DNA of 64,000 bases from the human T2T-CHM13v2.0 reference genome, Homo sapiens: NCBI RefSeq assembly GCF_009914755.1, contig NC_060934.1, one strand, 5' to 3'. Under the pieces are notes generated by a model. The model ran no database searches and was not told where the DNA came from. It saw only the letters and a list, made by a program, of their open reading frames with translations. Positions 45,031 to 61,250 of this stretch are shown in pieces. Position 1 is the stretch's first letter, and each line of letters begins with the position of its first letter. Made by a program: the position numbers and the translations under genes.

Positions 45031-46168
45031 TGATAAATATCTAATTAATGCAGGGTTGAATAGGTGATTGAATACATGAATGGAATCAGTAGGCACTTAT
45101 TTATTTGCTTTAGCATCTATTAAATAGTCACCATCTTGTGGGTTGTAGTTACTGTACAACTGAAGTGTTTGTAGGTGTTTGACATGCACATTTGAAGTAG
45201 CATGAAAAAGCCACCTGACTAGGCAGTGTGATAGGATTACTGATTTCTGCTGATAGCCAGGCCTACCTCACTCCGGGATTCTAGAATTATACTTTTGCAT
45301 GGAATATCTCTCCTTGTGCTAACTCCTGATTTGACTTGCATCACATCACCAAAGTGTTTCCGGTCATCTAGGTCTTTTGGAAACTCTGGGGCCAAGAATC
45401 CTTGAAAGACCTAAAGGAAGCATTTTGAGGAACTGGGCCCCCTCGTGGCCTGTCCTTGGCAGGGGCTTTGGACTGGTATGGAAGTCTCCCATATCCATGC
45501 GTCTGGGCAAAATGCAAATGGCAGTAACACCACCAGCTCCTTATTTCTCACTGATGCTGGACAGAGACCCAGCAACCTTTACCCTGGAAGTAATCAAGTG
45601 GTTTTGACATGAACTCTGAGGTGGGGCTTGGTTTTTCAAGAAACCCTCTCTCCTGTCAAGCCAGGTCTATTCTGGATGCCAGGACCAGAGAAGTGGCCAC
45701 CACCACGTGGAGCAGTTGAGACCATTGGTGAGGTGAGGATAAAATAATTCATTGTCTTGCTTTCATCTCTCATTGGCTGAGAGAACATAGGCACGTTACT
45801 TTCAGCTATGAACTTCTCAACTGTAAAATAAGAGGGTTGACTCAAGAGGATCTGAAAAGCCTTTTCCAGCTCTGTCATTCCTGCAGTACTGTGGATTTTT
45901 CTTTTAGGGATGAAAATGGGTTCCAGTGCAAGTTGTTGTCCTCACTCTAAGGAAGCCCTGGCCAGCCACTCCCTTCTCCTCTTGAGATAACATTTTAGTT
46001 ATCATCTTTCTCAGTCACCACCTCTGTCTTACAGTTTTTATTTTTGACATCATTGTTTTCTTATTTACATCAAATGTGTGTTAGTTTACAAACATTCTGA
46101 AAAAAGTGAAATCGACTCAGCATAGATTTATGTGGGTAATAACCTGCAGCACACTGAAGCAAGTGCAT

Positions 46169-46614
46169 GGTATTAGGCCGTTCTCGCATTGCTATAAGGA
46201 AATACCTGAGACTGGGTAATTTACAAAGAAAAGAAGTTTAATTGGCTCACAGTGTTTCAGGCTATACAGGAAGCATGATCCTGGCATCTGCTCGGCTCCT
46301 TGGGGGAACCTCAGGAAACTTACAATCATGGTGGATGGCAAAGGGGGAGCGAGACCTCTCACACGGTAGGAGCAGGAGCAGGAGCAGGGGCAAGAGCAGG
46401 GGTGGGGTGCGGGGGCAGCGAGGTTTTACACACTTTAAACAACCACATCTCATGAGAACTCTCTCACAAGAACAGCACCAACCAGACGGTGCTAAACTAT
46501 TCATGAAGGATCCACCCCAGTGATCCAATCACCTCCCACCAAGCCCTACCTCCAACACTGGGGATTACGATTTGACATGAGATTTGGGTGCAGACATAGA
46601 CCCATACCATATCA
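46169..46614 (-). mobile_element. MSTA-like MaLR solo LTR
   Basis: GTATTAGGCCGTTCTCGCATTGCTATAAGGAAATACCTGAGACTGGG...ACCATATCA. Confidence 0.9.
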
Positions 46615-46765
46615 GACATGAACAGGAACAGACAGGGCTCTGTCCCCCAGGATCACACAACCTGGCAGAAAAGTCTGTTAGCTCCATTGCTACAATTCCA
46701 TTCTAAAGACTGTAGGTGCTCAATAGCATTTCTTCTCCCTCCCAACCTGGGAATTTTATTTATGC

Positions 46766-47425
46766 TGTAGGAGAGGAAACTATCTTTTCCTCACCCATCC
46801 TAGGTTCCTGGCTGAGGCCCCTGTAACAAAAGACAGATTAACAAAATAAAACACATACAAATGTATTTAATGTAAGTTTTATGTGACACAGGAGCCTTCA
46901 TAGGGAAATGAAGATTCAAAGACACAGTTAAACTCAAATGTTTTTAAAAAATATTTTAAAATTTTTATTTGAGATGGAGCCTTGCAGCATTGCCCAGGCT
47001 AGTCTTGGACTCCTGGCCTCAAGTGATCCTCCTTCCTTGGCCTCCCAAACAGCCGAGATTATAGGCATGAGCCACTACATGCAGCCAAACTTGAGTGGTT
47101 TTTTATAGCTGGTTTGATCAAGAGTGGACAGTTGTGGAGAAATATGAGTGGGAAAAAAGGGTATGATCTAATGGTAATAAACTTGGGGAAACTTAGCAAA
47201 CCTATTTGTTCAAATTCTTCCATGTCCCTGTGTCTTCAGAGATTTTTTCTTTCTGGGTATAGGGTGGGTAGCTTTCACATGAGATTCTTATGCCCTGCTT
47301 CAGGAGAGGACAAATGAAGGCCAGAGAGACCTTCCTGTTTCTGCTGTTTTCACACATTCCTTCAGCTTGAAATATTCAGTATGTCAAGGTGCCATACTTT
47401 GGGGTAGGGTGTTTGGAAATCACCA
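46766..47425 (-). mobile_element. MER67-like ERV1 LTR with a FLAM insertion (46945-47086)
   Basis: TG...CA ends, 4-bp TSD ATGC/GTGC; CAAAAGACAGATTAACA, TTCCTTCAGCTTGAAATATTCAG. Confidence 0.75.
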
Positions 47426-48131
47426 GTGCATTTCAAAAGGAATATGAAGACGTTACCAGTGGCTATAAATACATAGAGTAATGGTCATTTTCTTTTCTTT
47501 TCTTTTCTTTTTTCTTTTTTTTAAGCAAAGACTCTGTGTACCTTCTATCTGGTGTTAGTTTGGTTAGGTTCTTTTAGTTTTGTAGAATTGTTATCTTGCT
47601 GTGATTATGTTCTTTTAACACTAAGGAAAACCATGTAAAAAGCAGGGTGTTCAAAATTCTGGGGACTAAGACTTGGAAAGAAATAGGCCCAGCAAGCCAG
47701 TTCCGCAGGGCTGTCATTAGAGAGTTGACTTGGGTGGCACAGAAGGCACCATAGTGCCCTCTAAGGGTGGTAGTTACTGAATTATTGTACTTCGCTGACA
47801 TACTGTTTACTCATTAAAGGTCTTGGAAAAGCAGAATTTTAACTACCTTTGCTCCAAGAGAATAAACTCTATTTAGAACAAGGGAAAGCTTTCTATTTTT
47901 ACCCAGGAAAGAGCTAACCCAGGTGTGGACTGGGAAAAGACAACTTCCTAGGTTTTCACGGTGAGGTTCATTTTGTGATCTGGTAACAGGTCATAGAATA
48001 TCACATCCTTACACCCTACACCGTTAAGCACAAAAGACTTCCAAGGAAGATTGCAATGATTTTTGGATAGCGCTCACCTCTGCTTCTCTATTTTATTTCA
48101 AATATTTCAAATATTACAGAGTTGATAGCAT

Positions 48132-48132
<1 letters not shown>

Positions 48133-48166
<34 letters not shown>

Positions 48167-48172
48167 AAACAC
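48133..48172. repeat. (CA)n microsatellite
   Basis: Direct reading. Confidence 0.95.
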
Positions 48173-48179
48173 ATTTTAG

Positions 48180-49285
<1,106 letters not shown>

Positions 49286-49387
49286 AGGATAACATTATAT
49301 TTTACACACTTTATAGTTGAAATTTGGTTGGTTACCATTATTTATTTTTTGGTAGTTTGATTGTTCTGATTATTAGTTTTTGATGTC

Positions 49388-49814
<427 letters not shown>

Positions 49815-50174
49815 TTATGTAACTTATCCCATCTGTCTATTACCATGATGTCTGGGCTCTAATTTCCTCTCCTGAATTGCTTGCTCTTTCAAAGTAGAAC
49901 ATCATTTTGTTCACTTTTGTGTTCTCTCCAATTCTTTTCACATGCCTCACACAAAGAAAGAGTGTAATAAATGCTTGACTAAATACCTTGTATTTTAGAA
50001 AAAAAAAACCTATGATATAAGCAATTAAGCAAATCATTGGCCCACTTGTTACTTGATGAGACAGGTCAAGTACCTTGCACCTGGTAATAGAGCTAATAAG
50101 TGGTAGAACTTGGGTTCAAAATCAGGCAGTTTGATTCTAGAGTTTCCCATCCATAGTCAGGCGATGTATGTATT

Positions 50175-50710
50175 AGTAGCCACCCCCACCCCCTAACTGA
50201 TATCTCCTCCTTTTCCCTCCTATAGGAGCAGTGCTCCCTCGTACACAGGTATCCACACCTCCTTTATACAGCCCATTTGCTGCGGGGAGCTGATTCTGTT
50301 CCTGGCTTCTGAGATGGGGCATGTACCTAGGTGGAGCCTATACCAATGAGGGACAACTATTCCCTGATCAGAGTTATTGCATCAGGGGTGGGTAGCGAGC
50401 CTGAGACCATGTTTGCTGAGTAATTTCTGGTAAAGAAGTGTCCTCTGTTTTGGAAAACTGGGAAAGCAGCTTCTTTCTCTATCCTTAGATATAAATGGAG
50501 GCAGGGCCCAGGTAGTTGTGGACAGCCCAAATAGGACTGCTGGGATTGAAGATGACATTGCCAAAGGCAGACAGATGTTGAACTAAACTTGGTCTTGGAT
50601 GACACTGTTGAGCAATTGAACTGAACCAATCCTGAAACTAACCTTACTTCTAGCATTCAGTCATGTGAGCTATTAATTCTCTTTTATCATTTGAGGTTTT
50701 TTTTTCTCAC
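50175..50710 (+). mobile_element. MLT1K-like LTR, decayed (MIR and L2 scraps upstream)
   Basis: GATGACACTGTTGAGC...TTCAGTCATGTGAGCTATTAATTCTCTTT. Confidence 0.55.
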
Positions 50711-51261
50711 CCAGTGGAAACTATTCATGGCCACAGTAAGGGAAGATAATATTTCTTTCTCAAAAGCTAACTGGTTAGAACTTTGACAGAGTATAGTCAT
50801 CACGCTTGGAAAGAACTAATTAGATCTCGGTATTAAAAAGCTATGTGATAACTGGTTCATGTTATATTTACAGCTCTATATTCAAATAAAACCCAAATGT
50901 CAGATGCTTGAATATGAATATAAAAATATCAGGACCTGCTGTTACTGCAGCTGAAACTGAATTATAGCTCCCTGAGGGAGAATCAATACTTTTCTTTTAA
51001 GCCAAACTCAAGATTCCTAAATGTACTTCCAAATAACAAATAATAAATGACCAAGGAAAAGATTTTTAAAATACCTCTACAGAGGATAAAAATTAGGGGG
51101 AGAATGCTACTCGTCTGTTACAAGAGTTGGAAAAATCCTCCCTTAAGCTTTTTCTATATATCTTTATTCTCCCCCAGGGTAGAGCCAATTAAATAACTTT
51201 TATGGTGAAAAATTCAGTTGTTTGGGATTAAAAAGACAAATAATCAAAGATAAAATCATTA

Positions 51262-51426
<165 letters not shown>

Positions 51427-52394
51427 TTATCACTTCGAAAGAGATTTTCTTTAAGATTTTATTTCATTGGTTCTCACCTTTAAACTAGAAGGGCAGAGCT
51501 TCTGTTGGTACAGTACTAAGAAAGTATAGAGAACAACAACAAAAATACCTTCAGAATAAGGGGAATGTGTATTGATTATTCTTGATTAGAAAACATACAA
51601 GGCTCTCTTAGTCCAAGGACGCCATTATGTTTTCCTTTTTTTTTTTGACAGAATCTACAGGCTTAATACGTTCCTTTCCAGCTTGAAAGGATCTCTCCTC
51701 CTTTCTCCCCCTTGATGCTCTATCTTGAATAGTCAAACAGAATTATAAGATGCTTTTTAAATTGGGAAGAAAACAATCATTTTCTGCTTTTGTTTTCTTT
51801 GTATCAGGCAGAGGCAAGGGCCTCCAGCCAGCTAATGTGATGGACACGGTATCTGGAGAGTCCTGCATTTCAAAACTTACTCTAAGGAAGACTGCTTTGA
51901 TTTTCAAAGTCTCTAGTCTACAGAGAGATTGAGCTCTGGCTGCAAGACACTGTCTATCATAGAGCCACATGGCGACATTGCCGTAGAGAAGAGACATAAA
52001 TAACCACAACTGCCAGAAAATAAAGCTGGTAATCTCTAGAAATGCCTGGATACATTAAAATGAAATATAACCCAGTACTCTGGTTCTTTAGACCCCGTTG
52101 AATACTTTGTTCTCAGTCAGCTGATAAAATTTTAATTTATTATTGCGTGTTTATGATGAAATGTAACATAACTCATTCATTGTGTCTGTTAATCCTCTCA
52201 TTCATAAAAATAGCATATGTGTTGATGATCTACATTAAAGTAATTGTTTACCATGGGTAGTATTATAGCGATAATCTATAAATAATGTGAAAGTTTGTAG
52301 AAAATTAAAGTATATAGAACTGTAGAAAGAGATAAATCTTTAAATATTTAAGGTTTTGATCTGCTTGTATAATGAACTGGTGTTTTAGCCATTT

Positions 52395-52408
52395 GAGCCA
52401 CCTAGTGG
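52395..52408 (-). promoter_or_regulatory. Candidate CTCF site
   Basis: - strand CCACTAGGTGGCTC, one mismatch to CCASYAGRKGGCRS, in unique AT-rich DNA. Confidence 0.45.
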
Positions 52409-53556
52409 TAATATACATGAGATATGATTTCTTATTCTGAAAAAAAATGTAAAAGTTTAACAGTTTCCAATTTAAAAGGAATAAACTAAGTAAAGCGAAT
52501 CATAACCATTATATATTATACATTCAGCTTTTGAATTATTACTTATTGGTAGAAGATTGACTATTAGAAAATAAATTATAAAAACAGTTCTTTGCTTATT
52601 TTGTTTCTTCTAATAGAGGCCACATAGCCAAGAAAATTAAAATTATAAAAAATTATAATTGAAGGGGATATTTGCAATATGTATAAGAAAGAAAAAGCAA
52701 TCAAATATTTAGTGGACTAAAATGAATAATACACTTTCCAACTTAATTGTATTCCAATGTAACCTTTGATAAGTGGTCTTCAGTGTAGTCATATTCTCTT
52801 AAGTCTGTCTTTTAGCCAATCATTAGTCTGTCTTCTTATATTCAAGGAACAAAACTGAATCACTAATCTGCTCAGTGATCCATTAGAAATACTCTGTAAC
52901 TGATCACACTGTGTCTAATTTTAGATTTCTTTTACTGGGAACTGTAGATCAAAGCAAGTTTCCATTTTGGCTCTATTCTGGTATAATAACTTCCGGCAGA
53001 GCCAAATCATGAAATACTGCTAACTTCACGTGTTAGAATCCACATTCATCTTTGCCTTGTTAACTTTTAAGGAGCTTTTTATTTATTGTTCCAAGAATGC
53101 CAGGTTCTTTGGTTTCCTGCTTTCTTAAATTGCCATGTGTCTCTAAATAGGTTTTTTTCAAAATCGGAATTAGCACAAAGATAGATAGATTTGTCTTCTT
53201 TGAATTCACCAGCCTCCCTACTTGGTAGGATTGCAAAACTATCTTATGAACCCAGCAGAGAAAATATCCTCTCTTCTTGATGATCCTGCTTGTTGGAACT
53301 CTGACCTCTCCATTTCTTCTGTGGTTTCACTGGGTAATCTGAAGACAAGTCTTCACATGTGGTTCCTGGAAGCAATGACATCTAAAGTTGATCTAAAGTC
53401 GAGAGGATTGAAGCGTGCCAGCCTGAGAGCAGACAAAACCTTTAAGGAGTAATTGAGCAGGGTAAAAAGGGAATAGACTCTAAAAGAGGAAGAGCTTCCC
53501 TGATACATAAGGCACCCAGGAAGATCTGTGGGGGAACAAGATAATGGAGGGAGAAT

Positions 53557-53959
53557 TCTGCTACAACAGAATGGTGTCTGTTATTTTGCTCCCCTCCCTC
53601 CACCTTTTTTTAGAAATACCATTTTTCTGGATAGAATGTGTGGTTGTGGGGTAGACGTGTTTCCTAGGCTGGGCCAATCAGAGAATTACCTGAGTCGTTT
53701 TGAACTCAGCTCTAGTGAGAAGTCTGAGATATTCTCTGGTGTCAAACTCAGGAGATGTGAATTGTGGTGCTGCTTCCTGCTTTGTGGAGAAAATCAGTCC
53801 AGAAGATGAGATGGCAGCTGACAGCAGAAACAGGCAGAGACATAGAGCAGGGAACATGCCTGAGCCACGCTTTTTGGAACCAGTACATTTCCCCTTTTGC
53901 CTCAGCTAGTTGGAGTTGGGTTTCTGTCACTTACATCCCAAAGAGTCCTGATTAGTACA
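53557..53959 (+). mobile_element. MLT1J-like LTR
   Basis: GGCTGGGCCAATCAGAG...GAGTTGGGTTTCTGTCACTTACA...AGAGTCCTGATTAGTACA. Confidence 0.7.
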
Positions 53960-54818
53960 GAGCAGATACTGCCTGCATAGTCAAGTAACTTGTTCAAGGG
54001 TTATCAGTGAACAGAACATTCTGGAAGGTAAGGGAAAACAGCAGGTTCCAGAGTCCCAAGAATCAGGAAGATGATGATCAGGAGGAAGACCTGATAATAA
54101 TCAAAACAGGGTAAGTGACTGATTTAATATTCATAAGACACAGAGACGCAAGAGGATATGAACTTTTCATTTACCTTAAAATGCTCATTCCAAACCATGC
54201 AAGTTTCCTTCATTTCTTTTCTCCATATTAAAATTTTTACTAATATATCATGATGACTAACTTTTGCAAGTAGGAAGTACCAAGATGCCTAATAATAGCT
54301 TCTGGGTTGGGGCTGATGCTAGCTGTAGCAATATCGCATCTCTTATGCCCATGGCTCTATCTCAGTAAAACTGCCCCATTTAGTAAATGAGGATTTTCCA
54401 AAACCTTCGGTCCCCAGCCGTGTTTGGTATCAGGTGACCTGCTCATCCCCATCCTGTCCCCATCTCACTCATAGTTTATTAGGCCAATTTGAAATTTCAA
54501 AAGTAGAGTCTTCATGAAATGAAGACTAAACACAAAATTCCAAAACGAACTTCAAAAACCCACAAAGACTGCAGAACCGTAAGTAAACTTACTTAGGGAA
54601 TATGAGGGAGCAGGGCTTTTCTTTCTTCTGGGTGCATTTTTAATGCAGAGTCACAGATATCAGCCAATGCTAGGGTCTAGCTCCTGTTCAGGTGGCCTTG
54701 GTTTCCCATCTTCATCTCATTAGCCACAGGCTCTTTGAATGAGCTTATTAACTATCATGGCTTTAGCTTCCACCAAGGTGCTAATGGCTCCCAAATTTCC
54801 ATCTCTAGTACTAAACTC

Positions 54819-55345
54819 TTTCTTTCTTTCTTTTTTCTTTTTTGAGACAGAGTCTTTCTCTATCACCTAGGCTGGAGTTCAGTGATGAGCTCTCAGCTCA
54901 CTTCACCCTTGACCTCTGAGACCCAAATGATCCTCCCACCTCAGTTCCCCAAGTCACTGGGACCGCAGGTGTGCACCACCATGCCCAGCTAATGTTGTTT
55001 CTTTTTTTGTAGATACAGGGTCCCCCTATGTTGTCCAGGCTGGTCTCAAACTCCTGGGCTCAAATGATCCTCCTCAATAATAACTTAATTGTATATTTAA
55101 AAATAAGGAATGTAAATGGATTGTTTGTAACTCAAAGGGCAAATACTTGAGGGGATGGATAGGGTTATTCTCCATGATATGCTTATTTCACATTGCATGC
55201 CTGCATCAAAACATCGCACATACTCCATGAAAATATACACCTACTATGCACCCATAAAAATTTAAAACCATAATTTAAAAAAAAGAGATCCTCTTGCCTC
55301 GGCCAAAGTACTGGGATTTACAGGCATGAGCCACTGTGCCAGGCC
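54819..55345 (-). mobile_element. AluJ split by an L1 fragment, within L2 remnants
   Basis: Left arm resumes at 55285; Alu TSD CTAAACT. Confidence 0.9.
55074..55284 (+). mobile_element. L1MA1/2-like 3' end
   Basis: GGATTGTTTGTAACTCAAAGG...GCTTATTTCACATTGCATGCCTG...ACCTACTATG; TSD AA(AT/GA)GATCCTC. Confidence 0.85.
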
Positions 55346-55804
55346 CTAAACTGCTTCTCAAACTCAAGACCTGTGTATATAATTGTGTACTGGACACTTT
55401 TTCTCATAAGTCCCAGGGAAACCTCGAAGTCAATGCGTCTCACAATGAAACTCTTCCTAAGTTCTTCATAGTCCCTGTGTCAGGGAGTAGTATCATTATC
55501 TACCTGATTGCTTAAGCCAGAAACCTGTGAATCATCAGTGATGCCCTCACTTATTGTCCCCTATGTCTTCTCAGTCATTATGATACTTCAACGCTATTTC
55601 TATTATTTCTGAAAAGCACCTCTTTCTATCCCCAGTACTACATTCTTAGTCAAGATTCTTCTTACTTTTTGTATGTCTTCTTATAACAGCCTCCTAATTT
55701 CTTTTCTCAGCCTTGAGTTATTCACCTCTCACTACCATTCTCCTTTCTGGAGTTAACTTTCTAAATTGAAGATCTCATAATGTCAGTTTAAAAATCATTC
55801 ATGA

Positions 55805-56496
<692 letters not shown>

Positions 56497-57462
56497 CTAA
56501 GGAGCCATGAGTTCTTTTGCATGACCTTTCCATCCTGTCCAACATGGTGGTTAGCCAGTCCTTCCCTTCAACTCCACATTCCAGCCAGGCTAGTTGATCC
56601 TTAAATGTGCTGTGCTCCTTCCTGCCTCGGTGTGCTAGCTGCTCCTTCTATGAACATCCTCCCCACTGCTTCTGCCTGCACGGCTTCACAATTCAGCTCA
56701 GGTGCTTCCTCCTTTAGACAGCCTTAAAGTTTTTTCTCTGTGAACACGTCTACTATAGACTTGCTGTGCCATCATCTGTTTACTTCTGAGTTTCCCCAAA
56801 TATGTTGTAAACTTCTTGAAGCTAAAACCAGCACCTGGATGTTCAATGAATAATCAAATAGAGTATTTTATTCAACCGGTAAGTTCAAAGATGATTAAAA
56901 CCACGAACTCTTTACTAATTACCCTGTTTGGTGTTTACACTCTGGGCAGAATCAATTCTGAAACAAATAAGAAAAATGAAGATAGCAGTGGTGCTATATT
57001 AGTATTGATAAAAGACACTGCAAAGGAGGAACCTCCTGCCATTATCCACCCACTTCTAGCAGAAGAGATTGGTGGGTGAAAGAAATGAAGTATGGTAACC
57101 TAACCTGACATATGCTAGGGTGGGCGGAAGGCAATCATTGCATTCTGATGGAGTAATACCTAGGTAGAGGTTCTGCTCCATTGTTAGCTGTTAAGCAGCT
57201 GTAACAAACATTGGCAGGTGTCTGAACTTTAAAAGCCTTTGATTGTCCAAAAAAGACTGGAAAATACCTTTCCAGAAGAAAGAGAGGAGTTGTGTAGCAT
57301 CCTATGAGGACTCAAACAGAAGAGTGGATGTGACTTGGATTTTTATGCTCCCAACTCAGAGGAGTTGGCCGGGTAAGCTGTTTTCAGTTTGTTTTCTGTT
57401 TTATCTATTTACGCTATTACTCAGTAACATTTAGCAGATAGCTAACAAGATAGCATTTAGTC

Positions 57463-57606
57463 TTTTTTTTTTTTTTGTATTTTTTTAAAAAATAGAGACA
57501 AGGTCTCACTATGTTGCCCAGGCTGGTCTCAAAGTCCTGGGCTTAATGATCCTACCACCTTGGCCTCCTGCAGTGTTGGAATTACAGCGTGAGCCACCAT
57601 GCCCCA
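57463..57606 (-). mobile_element. FLAM_C
   Basis: Single left arm; TSD AGCATTTA. Confidence 0.88.
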
Positions 57607-58809
57607 CCAGCATTTAACTCTCTCTAGGTCAACTATATTAATCCTTAAGATCTCTGCCCCTTTCTTTCTGGGACACTTACCCATCTGAATTATCCACAAG
57701 AGATACCCTAACATTTACCCTCCATAGAGGGGAGCTAGAGATACATCCAAGGGATATAAAATAGAGGACCTATCATACTGGTCAAATAAGAAATTTTCAG
57801 CAATATTTATTTAGCACCAACTCAGAAGTTGCTCTAGAATTCCTATAAAAAGGGGATTAAGGACATAATTTGTTTGAGTGGGGAGGGGCTGATGGAGATT
57901 ATGTAGTAGTAGGTGAAGCTAAGTCTTTTCTGAGTCCTTGAATCCCCTTCTTGTGTTGCCATGGTATCTATTTTCTTACTGTATTATGCTGGGCACTGTG
58001 GGAGATTTTTTCAAAAACAGGTTGTTAAAGATGAACCCTGCTCTCAAGAAAATTAGAGTTGAGCTTGGGGAGACAGAAATAATAAATTTAAGAGGCTGTT
58101 AATTTACCAAGAACAATTTTCTGAAGACAACTGAGGTACAGGAAAATTCTAATGTAACTTGATAGATGAGAGTCTAACAATTTTAATAGAGTAAATTTGG
58201 GGTCCATATTATTGCAAGATAAATGAAATAATGAGGTGAGCCTTCGTGTCTGGTTGACCAGGAATTCTGGGTCTGACTACACTATTTAATGCTTTCAGAT
58301 ACAAGTTGGTACTCCTTGGTGGCCATTGTGTTTAATATCTGGTTAAATATCAATGAGAATCATTCTGGCTCTTGGGCTTGGATGAATTTTCAGGGCAGTG
58401 GCAGGGATTCTGGGAATCCCTTGGTAACTTGGTCCCCATTTTTTCAGCCTAAGGCAGGGCGATTGGGCTGAGAGATGACTGGGGATGTGGTCATACTTCC
58501 TTTATTTTCCAATTTCCTAAAACAGGGTTGCTTGCAGTCTTTCCACCCTGTCTTGCCCCCTTCTGTATCTCATGTGTCTCCTCTCCAGAAAATGAAAACT
58601 TGCTTGCTCTGCCCCATTTGAAAAATGGGGTTGAGCACAGAAAAAGACAGTGCCAATGTCCAATTGCATTATATCTGAATTTACATTATCAAGGGGCATG
58701 TTTACTAAGGGATTTTCCTATAATCATGTTCTCTTTGAGTTGAAAGAAATCAAAGTATTGCCTTGAGGAGAAAGAATTAAGATATAATTATTGTATAGGG
58801 TAGATATGT

Positions 58810-59050
58810 GTGAGTAATCAAAACTAAGGTTTTTGAGCGCATACTATAAGCCAGACCCTGTTCTAAGCAATTTATTTCTCGGTGGCCCAATGAGGTCTGT
58901 ACTATTAATATCCCCATTTTAGAGATGTGGAAATTTAGGTATTAAAAAATGTAATCTTTCCCAAGAGCATGTAGCTAGTAAGTGACAAAGTTAAGATTTT
59001 AACCTCAACCAGTCTTACCCTAGAGACCACATTTTTTAACTACAATGTTA
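58810..59050 (-). mobile_element. MIR
   Basis: TTGAGCGCATACTAT..CCAG..CTGTTCTAAGCA...ATCCCCATTTTAGAGATG. Confidence 0.8.
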
Positions 59051-59439
59051 TTGTGAAGTGAACAAGTATAGGTTGCCATGTTTGTGTTTTGTTTTGTTTT
59101 TAAATTAGCTCAAATTCACAGCTGGACCATAATAATTAAAAATCTTAAGAGCTAGCTTTGTTATAAATGAAAAGAACACATTGAGGGTAGGAAAACCCTG
59201 CAAATACTTGGAATTTTGATTTTTAATTTCTAAAGAAATTCTGATTTGATTTCTAATCCTAGCCTCTTAGGTTTTCCCAGAGGCATCTTGCTATCTTACT
59301 TGTCTTTTCTTTCTCTAGAATCTTCAGTTTTTCTCTTTTGATTCCTTTCTCTTGCCCATGTCTACTCCATCTTGGGAAAAACCATGAGTGACCTAGTCTT
59401 GACTGTACCTGCTTTCTCTAGTTTTTTAAAAATACCTGT

Positions 59440-61250
59440 TTCTCCCTTCCACTCCCTCCATTTCTTCAAGCTTCTTCTCTTGAAGGTCCAAGTAACCTCT
59501 CTGTGAAGTTCAAAGACATTTGTCATTTCTACTATTTCTTGCTCCTTTATTTCCTGTAATACTGGAAAGTCCAGCACCTTTGCTTCTTTTTTCCTTTTCA
59601 CCTCTCGTCTTCCTCCCACCCTCTCACTGTGGGTTTCTCCAATGCTTATTTCTTAGAACTCTGCTGTTCTTTTGATACATTTTCCCCTTTGCAAAGGTCA
59701 TCTGTTTTCAAAGTTTCATCTCTCCCTTTCATACAAGCTCTTTTAGATCTATCTATACCTTTGTCATTTCCTCTTACATGAATGCCAGTATTTATTTCCA
59801 AATTCTTCCTGGAAATTTCCATTTAAATATTTTACGGTCACCATTAAACTCAAAGTGCACAAGCCTGAGCTTATAATCAGTGTTTTCCACATGGAAATAA
59901 ATTTTTGAAGAAAGATGAGGGGTCTATTGGGAAAGAACTCACTTAAAGTTGAGAAAATTGCAATTAGTAAAATATCTAATTATTATTTTAATAACAATAA
60001 TAATAGAAAAACACAAAGCATGTGCATTAAACCTGGCACCATTTTAAGTACCTTATATGGATTAACTTATTTAAACCTTAAAACAGTTATTATTCTTATT
60101 TTACAGTTGAAGGAATTCAGCCTAGAAATGCTAAAGCAACAGCCCCCCAACAAATGACATCACATGGCTGTTAAGTGGAGGATACAAATTCATCTCAGGC
60201 AATGTCGTTGAATTAATGGAGTCTACTCCTAACCAATACATTATATTTCCATGCCCTGTTTTCTAATTTCCCATGCTCAAAACTATACTCATTAACATTC
60301 TTTTTTTTTTCCAGTCCAATCCATAACTTCTCTACTTCTCTTTCAAAATGTTTTTGTTGTGTCTATCAGTCAGGGTCTGCAAAGGCACAGATGGTCCATT
60401 CCAAAAAGACACAGAGGGATGGTTCAGAAAACCAGGAAGAGATGAGGAGGCTCCCAGGTATTAAACTATTGGGATGCTGTTACCACTCCTAGTATTGAAA
60501 GGACAAAAGGGATGGGCAATGCTCTGGGTTGCCAGTTCAGAGAAAGCTGATCGATGGAGCTGGGTCTACCCACCAGTTCCCAGAGGAACACAGCCGCTAT
60601 TGAACACTGCAGAGGCATGGCATAGGGTGAGGAGGTGAGTGTGGAAAGCAAATGCCCACCCCTTCTCTCCAAGAGCCTTCCAATTTCTTGCTTGTGCTTT
60701 GTAACCTCATGCCTGGATCCTTACTACCTCTTCAATAACCTTACTTCATTCCCTTCTGCTCTATCCCACCACACATTGCCAGATCAGTCTCTGAGATGCT
60801 GCGTTCCTTATGCCATTTTTCTTCTCACAACCTTGAATGGCTGGGAACTACTCCTCAGTTTGTTGTTGGTGATCCCCAAATCCTGAGTCCAATCTCTCAT
60901 TCCAGTGTTATCTTCTGCAGGTCTCCTAGCCCCTTGCTCTAATTGGCCTCCTCACCATTCCCCTCTCTACACACAGCTCATTTTCCTGCCTGCTTCAAAT
61001 GCCATTACATAGCCCTCTGTACACGTGGAACAATTTTTGTCTTCCATCTACATATTATATATCCTTCAAGGCCCATCTCCTCTGCAGACCTTCTCTGACT
61101 GCTCCTACATACATGGGTTCCTCTGTTTTCTTTGATTTTTGTTGAATTGCGGGTAGCATCTTACCAATCCTGTCTTAATTATGTTTGTGTTTGTTTCATG
61201 ATTGTGCATCTTGTCTCCTCTAGCTGAAGGGTGAGGATTCTAAATCAGTG
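59440..61250. mobile_element. Decayed L2 fragments with a MIR (~59990-60240) and an old LTR-like segment (~60358-60680)
   Basis: MIR core ATTTTACAGTTGAAGGAA; L2-like pyrimidine-rich motifs; boundaries uncertain. Confidence 0.5.

Noticed and set aside
54100-54590. Strong GTAAGT donors at 54111 and 54579
   Set aside because: No convincing upstream acceptor or promoter; expected by chance in 64 kb
58288-58314. TGCTTTCAG|ATACAAGTTG|GTACTC as an SRRM4-type microexon
   Set aside because: Short pyrimidine tract, weak donor, 10 nt; insufficient support
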